Positions 45,625-57,909 are shown, counted from the first letter of the whole stretch. The stretch is 63,828 bases of DNA, filler included, from Craspedostauros australis (GCA_030167865.1; 12 parts of 12 records of this genome joined end to end with filler, not necessarily neighbours in it), one strand, 5' to 3'. A program made the numbers and translations. The notes: a model not told the origin generated them from the sequence alone.

Positions 45625-47132
45625 TACAGTTCACCCTTCTTGCAAGAGATTTTGTTGTCATCAGGAAGGTGCTTGTACTTGGTTGGCGAGACCCAAGTTC
45701 GCTTGTACATGGTCTTCTGCGCTCGAACCATGCGCCCAACATGTTCGAAGCTGACCCGATACGCCTTTCCTCCTTGCCCAAAGCAGTTGTCTGTTGGAGC
45801 GAACGCTGTTGATGCAATTGCCATGGTCTTTTCAATGTGGCACTTGTGGTGCACAGGATGCTTCACAGGCTTAACTCCCATTTGGGGCACATGTTTGAGG
45901 TTGCGCCGAGCGACAATAGAGTAGAACCACTTCTCATCCATGTGGACAACAACAACTTGCGTATTCAGGAACTGCTCAGCTGATTCCCAGAACACACAGA
46001 AGTCCTTCGCCCAGATGTCACGCTTCACCTTGATGTCGCCCTTGATCTTGGGGAGCATTGTTGTAGAACAGTATTTGCTGCCCTCCAATCCCATCACGTA
46101 TGTTCGGATGGTGTCTTTGCAGACGCATTGGACGTTGCCCCTTCCTGCTAGTTCACGTGCAACATCGTCCCACGAGATTGCGCCATTGCATCGTTGCAAC
46201 ACATCCTGGAGCTCAAATTGCAGGAATGGACCACGCTCCAACCACGAATCAGACAGGGATTTTGCGGATGCCAGCTCTTCAGGCGAAGCATGGTCAAAGG
46301 CATAAGAGATGTCCTCAGTCGTCAACCGTTGTCTTGGATGCTTAAGCTGCAGTTGTTTCGCAAAGATGGCACGCGGCGTGAAGTATTGCTGTTGCTTCTT
46401 GGGGCAGGTGAAGATGGTGCTGCCCACATCGCTGCGCTTCTTCCGTTCCAGCTTGTTCTGTTGGAATTTCTTGATGTTGCGATCGACAGTGCTAGTGCCA
46501 ATATCCCATGTGTGGGCGATCAATTTCATGTTGGCTGGGATCCCACCCAAATTGAAATAGAGAATGATGTAGTTTTGCTGTTCATCTCTGCCAAGTTGTT
46601 TCTTTCTATTGGTGGGCTTAGTGTTGGTACGCCCTCCATCCTTTCGCAGCCATCCTTTTGTTGTTGCGCCTCTCTTCATCTGCTTGTTGAGACGGGCGAT
46701 TGCTGTTTCTTTCTGCTGACGTGAGACCTCGAGAAAAGCGGTAATGCTGGCTTCTTGCGATTCCGTGGTAGTTGGGGATGGTGTGGAGGGCTTAGCCTTG
46801 TTGTTGACACGCGTAACAGCAACGGAGTGATGCTGGGGAGAAAGGAGGGAAGGCTTAGCAAGGCCACCAGCAGTGCGAGTCCGTGCGAAGGTAGCAAGGC
46901 TGTGTGGCGCGCACAGATCCTCACGAACAACGTACATTCGGCTCTGCCCCATCACTGGGGTCACCATGACCATTGCCACCTCTTCTGGTGCAAGAGGTCC
47001 ATCGCGTTTGATCGTAGCACCTTCAGCAGTCAGTTTCATTGCAAACTCAACATGACATACGCCCAGGTCATGGACCCTGCCACTTGAGCTCTGGTGGGGT
47101 GCCACCTTCACACAATCACCAGCGTGCAGCAT
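45625..47132 (-). CDS. Tc1/mariner-superfamily transposase (plant-mariner/DD39D-like), 3' truncated
   Basis: HTH-like IAHTWDIGTSTVDRNIK and first catalytic Asp motif VVVHMDEKWFY, followed by HKCHIEKTM. Confidence 0.8.
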
Positions 47133-47876
47133 GCTTGCGAGGTNNNNNNNNNNNNNNNNNNNNNNNNNNNNNNNNNNNNNNNNNNNNTTAATTAATTAAN
47201 NNNNNNNNNNNNNNNNNNNNNNNNNNNNNNNNNNNNNNNNNNNTACATCACATCACTCTCCACACAACAAGAGTTTTGTGTCCACACCAACGATTCTGTG
47301 TGAGCACAAGGTAGAGTCACTCTCCGGAAATTCAAGAATCGCGAACAAAGCCCAAACGATGGAAGAAAAAAGAACGTTTTGGGACGAATGACCACTGCGA
47401 CTCTATTGAAGCGCCAATGAGCACTGTTGCGTCTGTGCGTTATTCACCTAATAGGTAGATTCGACATGATTTTCAACCCTCCATAACTTTAAAATGATTG
47501 GACGGAACAATTCTAGTTCTTGCCATATGATGTATTTGATGTAGGACAAGAGATATACGCAGTTATTTTTAACACAGAAACGACGTTCCCGAGAAAGGTG
47601 TACTATTTTCACTCAGGCGGGTCATAATGCAGTGCGCTTACTCTACATACGGGCAGCTGGTGTGGGTGCCTGGACGTCACAACTCCAACAAAAACTGTCA
47701 CAACTCCAGCAAGGCACGGGAATTTCGTTGAAACTGGTACTCAGAGACAAACCAGCAGTCCCGGATGCAATCGTGCGTCACCGGACACATGCTCGTGCCG
47801 ATTCGGCCACACGAACAACAATGAAGGTGTCATACAAACGTTAAATATACGTTATGACGGTTATTTAGCGACCAAC

Positions 47877-48046
47877 TAGTTTCAACGATTCTCTATTAGT
47901 TTCAACAAGTCGGGGTTAGTTTCAACGGTTCTTGATTAGTTTCAACAAGTCGGCGTTAGTTTCAACGGTTCTTGATTAGTTTCAACAAGTTGGTGTTAGT
48001 TTCAACGGTTCTTGATTAGTTTCAACAAGTCAGCGATAGTTTCAAC
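47877..48046 (+). repeat. Tandem array with 20-bp period and 40-bp higher-order unit, 9 TAGTTTCAAC cores
   Basis: Cores every 20 bp from 47877 to 48037. Intervening segments alternate GGTTCTTGAT-like and AAGTCGGCGT-like. Confidence 0.95.
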
Positions 48047-48169
48047 AGTTGCACAGTAGTGATTGACTCGTGTTTAGATGATCCTGAGAGCATCGGTTGG
48101 TTGCGGGCCAATCCGTGGCAAGTGACATCACTGGTTTTGGCTTTCGTCCGCATCCTGATGCCAAGAAAA

Positions 48170-49400
48170 GACGGTCACCAAGACACCCAACACAACAACA
48201 CGACAATGGGGAAACAAAACAGCACTCTGTGAGAACCGCCAAATGCCATGTACGGCATTGCAACAACCATCAGCCCAATTCCAGATCCAAGCATGTCAAC
48301 GGAACCGCCATGGAAAGTTTGGTGGATGGGCAAGGGGGCGCTGTCAGAGCGGCTCATCTGCGACAGCGGGAGCGAAAACAGCGAATGGCACAAAAAGGTG
48401 GCAAATTTCCACGTTGGGTTCAGGCTATGTGTGGGAGATACAAGCCATTCCAACAACCATGGATAGGCCAATCGCATTGAAGAGATCAAGAAGAAGCCTC
48501 CTGCGAAGTTCGAGTTGGAAAGACTGCCTGGAACATTTGGACGGACAGGATCAAGTGGAGGGCAATCGATGTTCGAGAGGTGGCATTGCATGCATCACCT
48601 GGCTTTGCTGGTGTGGTGGCGCATGTGAACATCCATCACATTGCCAAACGACCCATATAAGATGTCTTCATCATCAAGTCGGGAATGGGGTGGAGAAGTG
48701 GGGATTGGTTCGATTGAGTGGGAGAGGTGGAAATCAAGAAAATGTGGCAGTCGCATTTCCGAGACAAAGAAAGCTGGCCATGGTACCAGCATCGGGATGA
48801 ATTGAAATGCAGAGATACATCCTGAGGCATTGGAGGATGCATCAACATGCCCTCAATGAATCAGGGATCGAGGTATGATGCTTGGGGGAGGAGGAACATA
48901 GATGGTTGTGAACAGGAGGTATGGTCGGATGAAGCGGCTGTGTGAAGATCGACCCTCATTGTCAAGGTGTTGGTTTTCAGCAGTGAGCTGACAATGCGGA
49001 TTGAAGGGAGATACACTGGTGCATGCTTGCCAGGGATGGATACAAATGGGGTATATGGAGACAATGAGGTGTGCAAGTGAACGAAATGAGACATTCATGG
49101 GCATCGTCTTGGATGGCAAAGCAACGGCAGCATGGTCCCATCCAGAATTTTGCGCCACACACAATCGCACGTTGGCAACAAAATGATGTTAAATTTGAAG
49201 TCAATTTCAATTTAAGTCCAATATTCTTATTCGCAACCAACGAGTTGTTCACATGGTACACTTAGTTTTAATTGTAGATGATGTGGTGTTGCGATATAGC
49301 ATCATAAGCGTTTTTGGGATGGATTGCAATTTTGCTCCAGACTGGGCTACGCAACACGACTAATCCCACGCTGGAGATCTAAAAACTGTACAACTCGTGC
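48170..49400 (-). mobile_element. Diverged non-coding copy of the mariner-like left arm
   Basis: Colinear blocks shared with 41553-42790 (GCTTATGATG.TATATC, ACCATGCTGCC, CCATATACCCC, ATGGCGGTTCCG). Ends ...ACAACTCGTGC|TA at 49400-49402. Confidence 0.65.
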
Positions 49401-49605
49401 TATCGGTTTGCCAAGTGAGTGTGGTGCATCGCGCGCCCAGATCTGCACAGAGACGGACACCACAGCACACACACAACAAGAACCAGCAATCATATCTGAA
49501 ACCAAATACATTGAAGATGATTGATAGTTAATTACATGCAGAGTGTTGAGTTCCTACTATTGTTAATTTTCTCCGGGTGTGGTAGTGATCGTGAGCGCAA
49601 TGGCC

Positions 49606-50082
49606 TCACTTCTTGGACGTCTTCCTGTTGTTCTTTCGCTGCTGCCAGTAGAGTGATTCATACTTCGATCTCTTTGCTGCGTGAAAGTGCTTTCGAAACT
49701 GATCGATCGGAAAGACCTGATTGCAATTTCGCAGGTTGTGGACCTGCTTTGATGAGAGGCATTTCACAGCATCATCTTGCATGTCTTGCTTCAGCATTCG
49801 CTGTGCTTCCGATCCATCCCATCGCAGCTTTGATGCACGAGGTGTTGAGATGTGCATCCGTTCAAATGCTGCAAGTGCTTCATCAGCTTTGTTTGCTTCT
49901 TCTTCGTACTTCCTCCATTTCTTTCTTAGTCGATTGAGATTGTTCCGAAAGTTGGTGTACTTGATGCTGCCAAACTCAACCCTCCCTTCGTATATCTGCT
50001 TGGGAGTCATCTCTGGTGTGATGGCTCCCATCTTCAGGTCCTTCTCCAGCACTGCTTTTGCGTCGGCCCATTTCATGGGCAT
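49606..50082 (-). CDS. Small basic protein with duplicated W..(S)EA...L..D motif; putative transposon accessory protein
   Basis: KWADAKAVLEKDL...FRNNL and RWDGSEAQRMLKQDM...FRKHF internal duplication. Confidence 0.6.
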   Translation of the reverse strand: MPMKWADAKAVLEKDLKMGAITPEMTPKQIYEGRVEFGSIKYTNFRNNLNRLRKKWRKYEEEANKADEALAAFERMHISTPRASKLRWDGSEAQRMLKQDMQDDAVKCLSSKQVHNLRNCNQVFPIDQFRKHFHAAKRSKYESLYWQQRKNNRKTSKK

Positions 50083-50792
50083 CCTGTCTTGCGATGATGA
50101 TCACCAGGCTTTCACGATGAGGGTTGCGATGGTGGCTGTGCCAAGAAGAGACGATGTATGTGATGATGGTCTTGCTGCGGTGTCAATGGACTTGCATTGA
50201 AAACACTCGATGTCACCAATTTGGATACCATGGATGCGCACCATGCCATTCGATGTAGTTTGCTGGCGTTGTTGCAATGGTGCCCTGGGTGCACCTTCTG
50301 CTGTTGCTGCCAAGGTACTGGTATCAAGATTGTTGCTTCATCTGGTACCTTTCCGTGCAACATACCGTTTATCCTGTACCCGCATTTGCACATGACCATG
50401 GTGCTGTTTCCGTGTGTGTCCGTTGCTGACCATGTCCTTGCACATGGTGCTGTTGCATTTCAATCTCCTGGCTTGTGTTGCTCATCCGGTTGTTCGAATT
50501 ACAGTTGGCCTTGCTTTCTCCAAGTTGGTGGGACCACATTCGTATTATACTTGGCACTGTCATTGTTTGTGTAGGTATGGTCTTGTGTGAAGTGATCATC
50601 ATCAGCACACAGAGAAATCTCTTCCTCTCTTCCTCGTGTCATTGCGTGCTCTTCTGTGGGTGGTGTCGGTGTTTGAATGGCAGCCAAAATTGGACTCTGC
50701 CGAACCATCACAAAACCCACCAGCAGAGAAATTCAGGAGCCAATCAAGAGAACGCATTCGGCACCACACTCTGCGCCACACTCCAGCACACG

Positions 50793-51905
50793 ATGGAACA
50801 GATTACTTCTCCCGCGCCGCGGTCCGCCCGCCAAAAAACTCCCAGCCGTTCAAATAAGAAGTCGGTGACTCGTGAAGTCGATCTCTCTGTGTTGGATTTT
50901 TTGCTCGGAGCAAGTCGCTTGGACACATTCAAAGCTCACTGTGACGACAATCAGCACATCCATGGCAAGCGCAATTCTGATCTGCGCGAAGCCAGCCGCC
51001 AACGAATGTACTACCTCAGAAGACGGCTGGACCGAGCTGGCCTTTTGGCACTACAGCAAACACACAGAGAGGCCCTTGAGCTGGAGAATGACAGAGGAGA
51101 TCACAAACCAGCCAAGGAGACGATCGACACGCCAACAGTCGCATCAACACCTCCCACTTCCGTGCCAACCGCACCAATATCAACAGTATCGACAACAACC
51201 TCACCACCACAAAGACGAAGGATCAACTTCAGCTCATACAAGAACAAGATGGCGAAGAACAGCGATGACACCAGCAACTTCACCAACGAAGATCATGCTG
51301 GGATGGAGTACAAGATAGACCTCGACCGCCCTTTCCAGAATGCCGACAACACGATCATCTATCGTGTCAATGACGTGCTGCTGGATGGCCGCTCCCTGGA
51401 CTGCCTTGTCATCCGCAAGTTCATTCTGGACAAGGATGATGTCACGAAGGTGAAGGCATCCCTGTGCGATGATGGGATCTCTATCAAGATTGAGGAGCCA
51501 AGCGTCCCAGCCGTGATGCTCGAGAGATCCACACAAACAATGTTTCTCACAAAGAAGGGGAACCATGATCCCAACATTGGGAGGGAAAAGAATGCCTTCA
51601 ACAAGCTCGTCAACAGAGAGCTCAACAGAGGTGCAGAGACCAAGTACACCTACTTCATCTGCCCTGATGGCATGGTGCTCTCCACCAACTACTTTGGAAA
51701 CGAGCCAGAGCGCCTCGCGAAAACGTACCGACCGATCGCAAAGCATCACATCCACCACAAGAGCCACATGGAATATCAAATTCCAATGAATGTGGTGTAC
51801 TGGAAAGTTGCGATCAAGGGATTCGATGGAAAGGTGGACATCGAGGAAGACCACAGCGAGGGTGAAGACGATTTCTTCGCAATGATGGGCAAAGCCGGTG
51901 CGTAA
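50793..51905 (+). CDS. Hypothetical protein (about 370 aa); putative transposon accessory protein
   Basis: Long ORF with coding-like composition: basic N-terminal helical region, S/T/P linker, beta-rich C-terminal region. Confidence 0.6.
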   Translation: MEQITSPAPRSARQKTPSRSNKKSVTREVDLSVLDFLLGASRLDTFKAHCDDNQHIHGKRNSDLREASRQRMYYLRRRLDRAGLLALQQTHREALELENDRGDHKPAKETIDTPTVASTPPTSVPTAPISTVSTTTSPPQRRRINFSSYKNKMAKNSDDTSNFTNEDHAGMEYKIDLDRPFQNADNTIIYRVNDVLLDGRSLDCLVIRKFILDKDDVTKVKASLCDDGISIKIEEPSVPAVMLERSTQTMFLTKKGNHDPNIGREKNAFNKLVNRELNRGAETKYTYFICPDGMVLSTNYFGNEPERLAKTYRPIAKHHIHHKSHMEYQIPMNVVYWKVAIKGFDGKVDIEEDHSEGEDDFFAMMGKAGA

Positions 51906-52036
51906 AACGAGCATTTGATTCGACCTGATTGACCTGTGCTTTGCTCTACCATTGTAGTAACATCAAATTAGACTGATTACTCACAAACAAACACCAACTG
52001 CTCTTTCTTCATTGACGTGCACGCACCCAAACTGTC

Positions 52037-52681
52037 ATGATTCGCACAGCATCGCTTACCGTCGCCGGTAGTGGCAGGCATGATGCAAATGACAACATGA
52101 GCATGAGCGACGTCTCAAGCTACGCAGAGAGCCCAGAAGACCCTACGCCAAACCAAACCTTCAGCCATGGCGGTGTCATCCATCCAGGTCGTCCGGACCC
52201 AGTCCATAGCAATGATGATGGCATCTATCCAATTTGTCCGGACCCAGTCTATAGCAATGACAATGGCATCCATCCAGCTCCTGCGAATCCGGCTGAAACT
52301 GTGGAAGGCATCGATGCATTGGACTTGCAATTGCCATTTGCGCCAGCAGATGCTCTGAAGCCCGCTGCGGAAGAACCAGCAGCAGTTAAAATTGCGACAG
52401 TGGCGCCTGCTACTGTTGCTTGCTGTGCCCCTGCAGCTTCGAGCAACCCAACAGACACAATCATGGGCGACGAAGGGCAGCACCTCAAGCGCTCTCATCC
52501 CGTGCTGCGCCACAACAATCTCCCGAAGAAGATGAAGGCTGACAAGCATGAAGAAGACAGCAAGCTTGCATCAATTGATCTTGCATCGATTGATCTTGCA
52601 GTCAACACACGTGTTCCAAGCAGTGACACTGATTCTGAGAGTGTTGACGAGGCACTCGAACTCTTCTATTCCCAGGCATGA
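52037..52681 (+). CDS. Acidic, disordered hypothetical protein (214 aa)
   Basis: ATG-initiated ORF with an internal duplication of about 45 bp (PDPV.SND.GI.P). Confidence 0.35.
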   Translation: MIRTASLTVAGSGRHDANDNMSMSDVSSYAESPEDPTPNQTFSHGGVIHPGRPDPVHSNDDGIYPICPDPVYSNDNGIHPAPANPAETVEGIDALDLQLPFAPADALKPAAEEPAAVKIATVAPATVACCAPAASSNPTDTIMGDEGQHLKRSHPVLRHNNLPKKMKADKHEEDSKLASIDLASIDLAVNTRVPSSDTDSESVDEALELFYSQA

Positions 52682-52753
52682 AGCAATCTGTTGCAAACAT
52701 TGAAGTATTCTATAAGTAATCAACTAGTTCCTACTACTCGACTCCCATGTTGT

Positions 52754-53716
52754 TTAGATGTCAAATATTGGATGGCCATGGTCGAGTTCGTACTGAATCA
52801 AAACACAGCAGGCCTCAAATAGGCACTGATGCTTGCTCAGTTGATTGCGGTACCCATTCGCAAGTGCTTGGAAGTTCTTGATTCTTCCGTTAAAGCTCTC
52901 ATGCCGTGCTCTTGCTCGATTCTTGAACTTCCTCACAGCAGCAGAATCACACGGATTTGGGGCACTGATTGTAGGCTCATTGTTGTACCCCCCATCAGCA
53001 ATTACCAGGGCATTCGGTGGGATCTTGGATTTGAGACCATCTGGCTTGCGATACATCACCAGATCTGAAGTGGAAGCTGGAAATGGCCCATTGATCCACA
53101 CCAGCTTGCTCTCTGCCAGGGATATCCCGAGCTCATACGTCAAACCAGCTGAGTGAGACTTGTGAGAGTACCACTTGGTTCCTGGGTCCATCCGTGGTTC
53201 TTGGATCCTGATGTGAACACCATCAACAGTGATGATGAAGTGTTTATCGTCTCCTGCAAGTTCTGTTGTGTTTGGCGGCCAGATGACCTATTGATGGTGT
53301 ACCAGAATGAAAAGAAAGAAGAGAAACATGTGAGAGAGTTCGTTCGAGAGAAGGAAATGAAAGAAGCATTCCAGCACAAGATTCCCTTTGTCACACTTGC
53401 CTTTTGTGGCAGCAGGGCTTGAATAGCTGGCAAGTACGACCAGATGAGACCACGGATAGTCTTCTCATCCAAATTCCATCGGCCAGCCATCACATGCTCT
53501 GTGCAGTATGTTTTCAGCCAGTTCAAGACAACAAAGAGATCGCGCGGACGCGGACGTTTGAATTGTGCCGTTTGGCTGTTGAAGAGATCCACGAAGAGGG
53601 AAGCAAAGCTTTCAGGGCACAGTCCGTACGTTGCAGCAAAGCGAGTCTGCATCGTGCGATCTGCCATCTTTTCCTGACGGAAACCGGCATACTTGAGGCC
53701 AAGTGTGAGCACTTCA
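52754..53716 (-). CDS. PIF/Harbinger-ISL2EU-type (DDE_Tnp_4) transposase, 5' truncated, with GC-AG intron 53400-53288
   Basis: The spliced frame gives LNWLKTY.TE...LLPQK|VIWP...TVDGVH...EP...WYSHK...WINGPFPA...DL...IADGGY...RARHESFNGRIK, a complete DDE triad. Confidence 0.88.
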
Positions 53717-53816
53717 NNNNNNNNNNNNNNNNNNNNNNNNNNNNNNNNNNNNNNNNNNNNTTAATTAATTAANNNNNNNNNNNNNNNNNNNNNNNNNNNN
53801 NNNNNNNNNNNNNNNN

Positions 53817-55994
53817 CTGGACGCAGGCCATCCAGACCAACCGCAAGGCGGAGACCTTGGACTTCAAGGACAACACGGGTGCGCATCGTGCCGAAACCAG
53901 TGTCACGAAGGACACCTTCGTCGACAAGTTCGAAGCGTCCAATGACTTTGAACGCGAGCTGGAGCAGGCCCTGGAGGAGCAGGCCAAGCAACAGGAGGTT
54001 GCCGAAGGTAAGGCCGGAAAAGGAGGAGGCGATGGCTTTGATGACAACGACGACGACGACGACGACGATCTTGGACGAAATGAGATCACCATGGAGGAAT
54101 ACAAGCACCGCCACGCTCAGCTGGCGCAGGTCCGCGCATTGCTGTCCTACCAGGAGCAGAAGCATCAGTACATGAAGAAGATCAAATCCAAGACCTACCG
54201 CCGCATCCGCAAGCGCCAGCGCGAACGCCAAAAGGAGAAGGACATGGAGGCGGCCATCGAGATCAACCCGCAGCTCGAGTTGGAGCTACAGGAGAAGGAG
54301 GAGATGGAGCGCATCCGGGAACGCCTCACCTTGGCACACAAGAACACCAGCAAGTGGGCCAAGCGCATTCTCAAGCGTGGCAAGAATGTGGATCTGGCCA
54401 CGCGCCGTGCTCTGTCGGCGCAGCTCAAGCGTGGCGATGAGCTCCGGAACAAGATGATCGGCAAGGATGGCAGCGACGGTGACGACGATGATGATGGCAG
54501 CATGGACGAAGACAGGCTGATCGCGGCGGCCAAGCGGACACTGTCCGAAATTGAGAATCACGATATGGACAGCGCCATACCCAGCAAGAACAAGGGACTC
54601 TTCAAGCTATCCTTCATGCAAAAAGGTTTGCAGAAACAACGTGAGAAGGCACAGTTGGAGGCCAGGGAGCTGCTTCAGGAACTGCAGGAAGGCGCTGCAC
54701 GTGATAGGGATGACTTTGATGACACCAACAGTGACTTTGGAGATGATGGTGATGATGATGCAATGGCCGCCACCGTACCCAAGAAGCAAAAGATCGTGGC
54801 CAGCCAAAAGGAGTTGAGCACAGTCCTCAACAAGGGCCAGCTGATGACGAATTGTTTGGAATTTGGAAACTCCAATGTCGTCAAGATGAGCGGGGGGATC
54901 GATGTCACAGCAGATGATGACAATGATGACGACCATGATGACGACCATGATGGTATCGACAGTGACGATGTCGAAGAAGCCTCACAGAAAGCAAAGTCCT
55001 CATCGCCGTCGTCGTCATCGTCGTCGCAGTCCGGTGGGAAGAAACCATCACATTCGGAAGATGGGGCCATCTTCGAGATCACTGCCGCAACAACATCTAC
55101 AGTCGGCAACGGCGAGACAGCCGCAGCGAAGGGCAAACATGGCAACGTCAACAAATCCAAGAAGCAACAGAAGAAGGACGCGAACAACAGATCCACACCA
55201 CCAATAGAACACCACCACAAGGACGGTGCCAGCGGTGGTGACGAGGAGGAGAATCCCTGGATGAATGCTGACAAGAGTGTCAGCAACTCGACGTCCAGCA
55301 AAGTTGCCGCACGTGCAATGGCGTCCATCACGGCAGCCACGACCATGGGAACTGGCGCCAACGACAAGCAGCGCAAGCCAACTGCAGTGCCGGCTATTGA
55401 TGCTGACCAAAACAACGTACATCATAACGACGACAACAACAACGACGACAACAAGGACGGCGACACAACGGCCGATCCAAACCCATCCAAGAATGGCAAA
55501 TCGCAGACGCAATCGACGACGGCGAAATCGATTGCCGACATGACACAAGATGAGCTCGTTCGGCAGGCCTTCGTCACGGCGCCGCAGGACGAGGCAGTGG
55601 CAGAGTTCGATGCCGAGCGGGAGGAAATGGAGCAGCGCAATGATCCCACCCGCAAGGCAATCGACAAGAGGGATGCCAAGCTCACCAACTCACGCGGTTG
55701 GGGATCCTGGACTGGCGACGGCGTGAAGATGCCACCGCCCCCACCTGCCTCCAAATCCAAGCGAAACAAGAAGCGTGGCGGCAACAAGAAATCTGCCGCA
55801 TTGTCCTCCATGCTGGACGGCAGCGATTCTCGCAAACGCAAACAAACACACAAACAAACACGCCCCAACGTCATCATCAACGAGAAACGAATGAAGAAGA
55901 CGGCCAACGTCTTCATGCTGGGCGACGTCCCTTTCCCGTACAAATCTCGCGAGGAATACGAGCTGGCCATGGCAGGCGGCATGGGCAAGGAATG
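53817..55994 (+). CDS. UTP14: U3 snoRNA-associated protein 14, central and C-terminal part
   Basis: KKIKSKTYRRI, ERLTLAHKNTSKWAK, GWGSWTG, NVIINEKR, VPFPY.SREEYE...GKE. Confidence 0.9.
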
Positions 55995-56094
55995 NNNNNN
56001 NNNNNNNNNNNNNNNNNNNNNNNNNNNNNNNNNNNNNNTTAATTAATTAANNNNNNNNNNNNNNNNNNNNNNNNNNNNNNNNNNNNNNNNNNNN

Positions 56095-57255
56095 CTTCTC
56101 CTTTTGGCGTTCGCGCTGGCGCTTGCGGATGCGGCGGTAGGTCTTGGATTTGATCTTCTTCATGTACTGATGCTTCTGCTCCTGGTAGGACAGCAATGCG
56201 CGGACCTGCGCCAGCTGAGCGTGGCGGTGCTTGTATTCCTCCATGGTGATCTCATTTCGTCCAAGATCGTCGTCGTCGTCGTCGTCGTTGTCATCAAAGC
56301 CATCGCCTCCTCCTTTTCCGGCCTTACCTTCGGCAACCTCCTGTTGCTTGGCCTGCTCCTCCAGGGCCTGCTCCAGCTCGCGTTCAAAGTCATTGGACGC
56401 TTCGAACTTGTCGACGAAGGTGTCCTTCGTGACACTGGTTTCGGCACGATGCGCACCCGTGTTGTCCTTGAAGTCCAAGGTCTCCGCCTTGCGGTTGGTC
56501 TGGATGGCCTGCGTCCAGCCACCCATCTCCTTCTTTTGCTGTCCGTAGGCCTCCTTGCGCTGCAGACGGTTGGCCTTGACGCGCGCCATGGGAGCGAGGG
56601 TGGTCTGCACGGCGCTGCTGCGACTGTCGGCGGCCATGGTCTTTTGCAGATCGGAAAAGCCCTTCGTGTCCTGCAGGCCTGCCATGAGGTGGTCCAGCGT
56701 GAGCTTGGAGGATGTCTTGGCTGCGGCGTTGTCACCGGATGCCACATCCATGAGCTGCTGTCCGATGAAGGTGGAGAATTCGGATTCTGGAACTTGGGAC
56801 ATGTGTTTGTATGCAGAGCGTTTGGAGGCTCGGTCTTCCCTCTCCTTGTCCTTCTCGGTGGCATCGTCGTCATTCTTGGCGTCCAGATTGTTCAGCAGGT
56901 CCAGCATGTACTGTCCACCATCATCTTCCTCCTCTTCTTCGTCCTCGTCACCGCTGTCATCGTCGCTGTCCATCCCACCGCCATCGCTCGAGATCTCTTC
57001 ATCGTCGCTGTCCATTTCTCCATCATTGTCATCATCACCATCGTCGTCGCTGCCATCTTTCGCACTGTCGGAGTTGAAGAACGCGCCCCACTTGCGCTCA
57101 TCATCCGAATTGAAGGCCTCATCCTCCGGGATCTCCTCATCGTCGCTGTCGTTCACCTTCTCATTCCACTGGTACTGCGTCGCCGGATCATCGTATTGCT
57201 GCTTGGTCTTCTTTTGATGCGCCTTGTTCCTGGCTCGGTTGCCGCGTTTGCCCAT
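56095..57255 (-). CDS. UTP14: UTP14, N-terminal part (overlaps the previous contig by 424 bp)
   Basis: DEEIPEDEAFNSDDE, ESEF, RLQRKEAY...W...NRKAETLDF. 56518-56095 is the reverse complement of 53817-54240. Confidence 0.9.
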
Positions 57256-57909
57256 TGCTTCTATTCGTGCAATACAATGGAGTCGATCAGGGTGTGCTGC
57301 CAGTCTGATGTGATGTGCTGCTCGTGGTCGTGCGCTGATGTTGCAAGTAGTGGAATGGAGAGTGCCGATGGATTGGTCTGTTCGATGATGTGACCAACGC
57401 GTGTGTGCATCAGTGAAGTTGTGGCACTTTGTGATGGAACACTTTTTCGTTGGTTGTTGCTAGTATCGTCCGTCCGTATGTCCTTGTATGTGTTCTGTTC
57501 GTGTTTCGCCAGTCCATAGTTGTCATTTGACCGTTCGTTAGAAGCTGCGGTATAATACAATTGCCCTTCTAAATTGGATTCGATCCATTTCGACAGTGAA
57601 GTTGTTACGGGCGAGGTTGTGACCGTTTGTTCCAGGCTCATCGCTACACAAGGAAGCAAGGCATCGCTCGAAACGGAAACGCGCTGGGCAACAACCAAAC
57701 GTGTGCTGCGTGGACTGCACATCGTGCAGAGCATCCCGCACGCGTACTCTTCGCCCTACTGCAGTGTGCACTTTTCTGTATTCCTATACTCGTACGTACT
57801 CTCTATACTCGTATGCGCACGCGTAAGTCTCTACCGTAGTTCTATTAGTGTCTCCTGCTTCTAAAATGTAAAAATGCATCGTGTAACCAAGTGCGTACGT
57901 GCCTCCTCT

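Noticed and set aside
43240..47132. Inverted near-identical transposase starts as one element with giant TIRs
   Set aside because: They are on separate contigs with linkers between, so they are best read as two copies or alleles.
47877..48046. CRISPR array (GTTTCAAC resembles CRISPR repeat ends)
   Set aside because: The repeat is only 10-11 bp, the inserts are 9-10 bp and recur rather than being unique, there are no cas genes, and the context is eukaryotic.
40828..53716. Fanzor/TnpB or another RNA-guided nuclease among the transposon ORFs
   Set aside because: No RuvC motifs with a zinc finger, and no Nop-domain-like protein, recognisable in any ORF.
53817..56518. 424-bp inverted repeat as TIRs or an inverted duplication
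   Set aside because: Both copies end at contig edges and are the same UTP14 coding segment; this is an assembly overlap.
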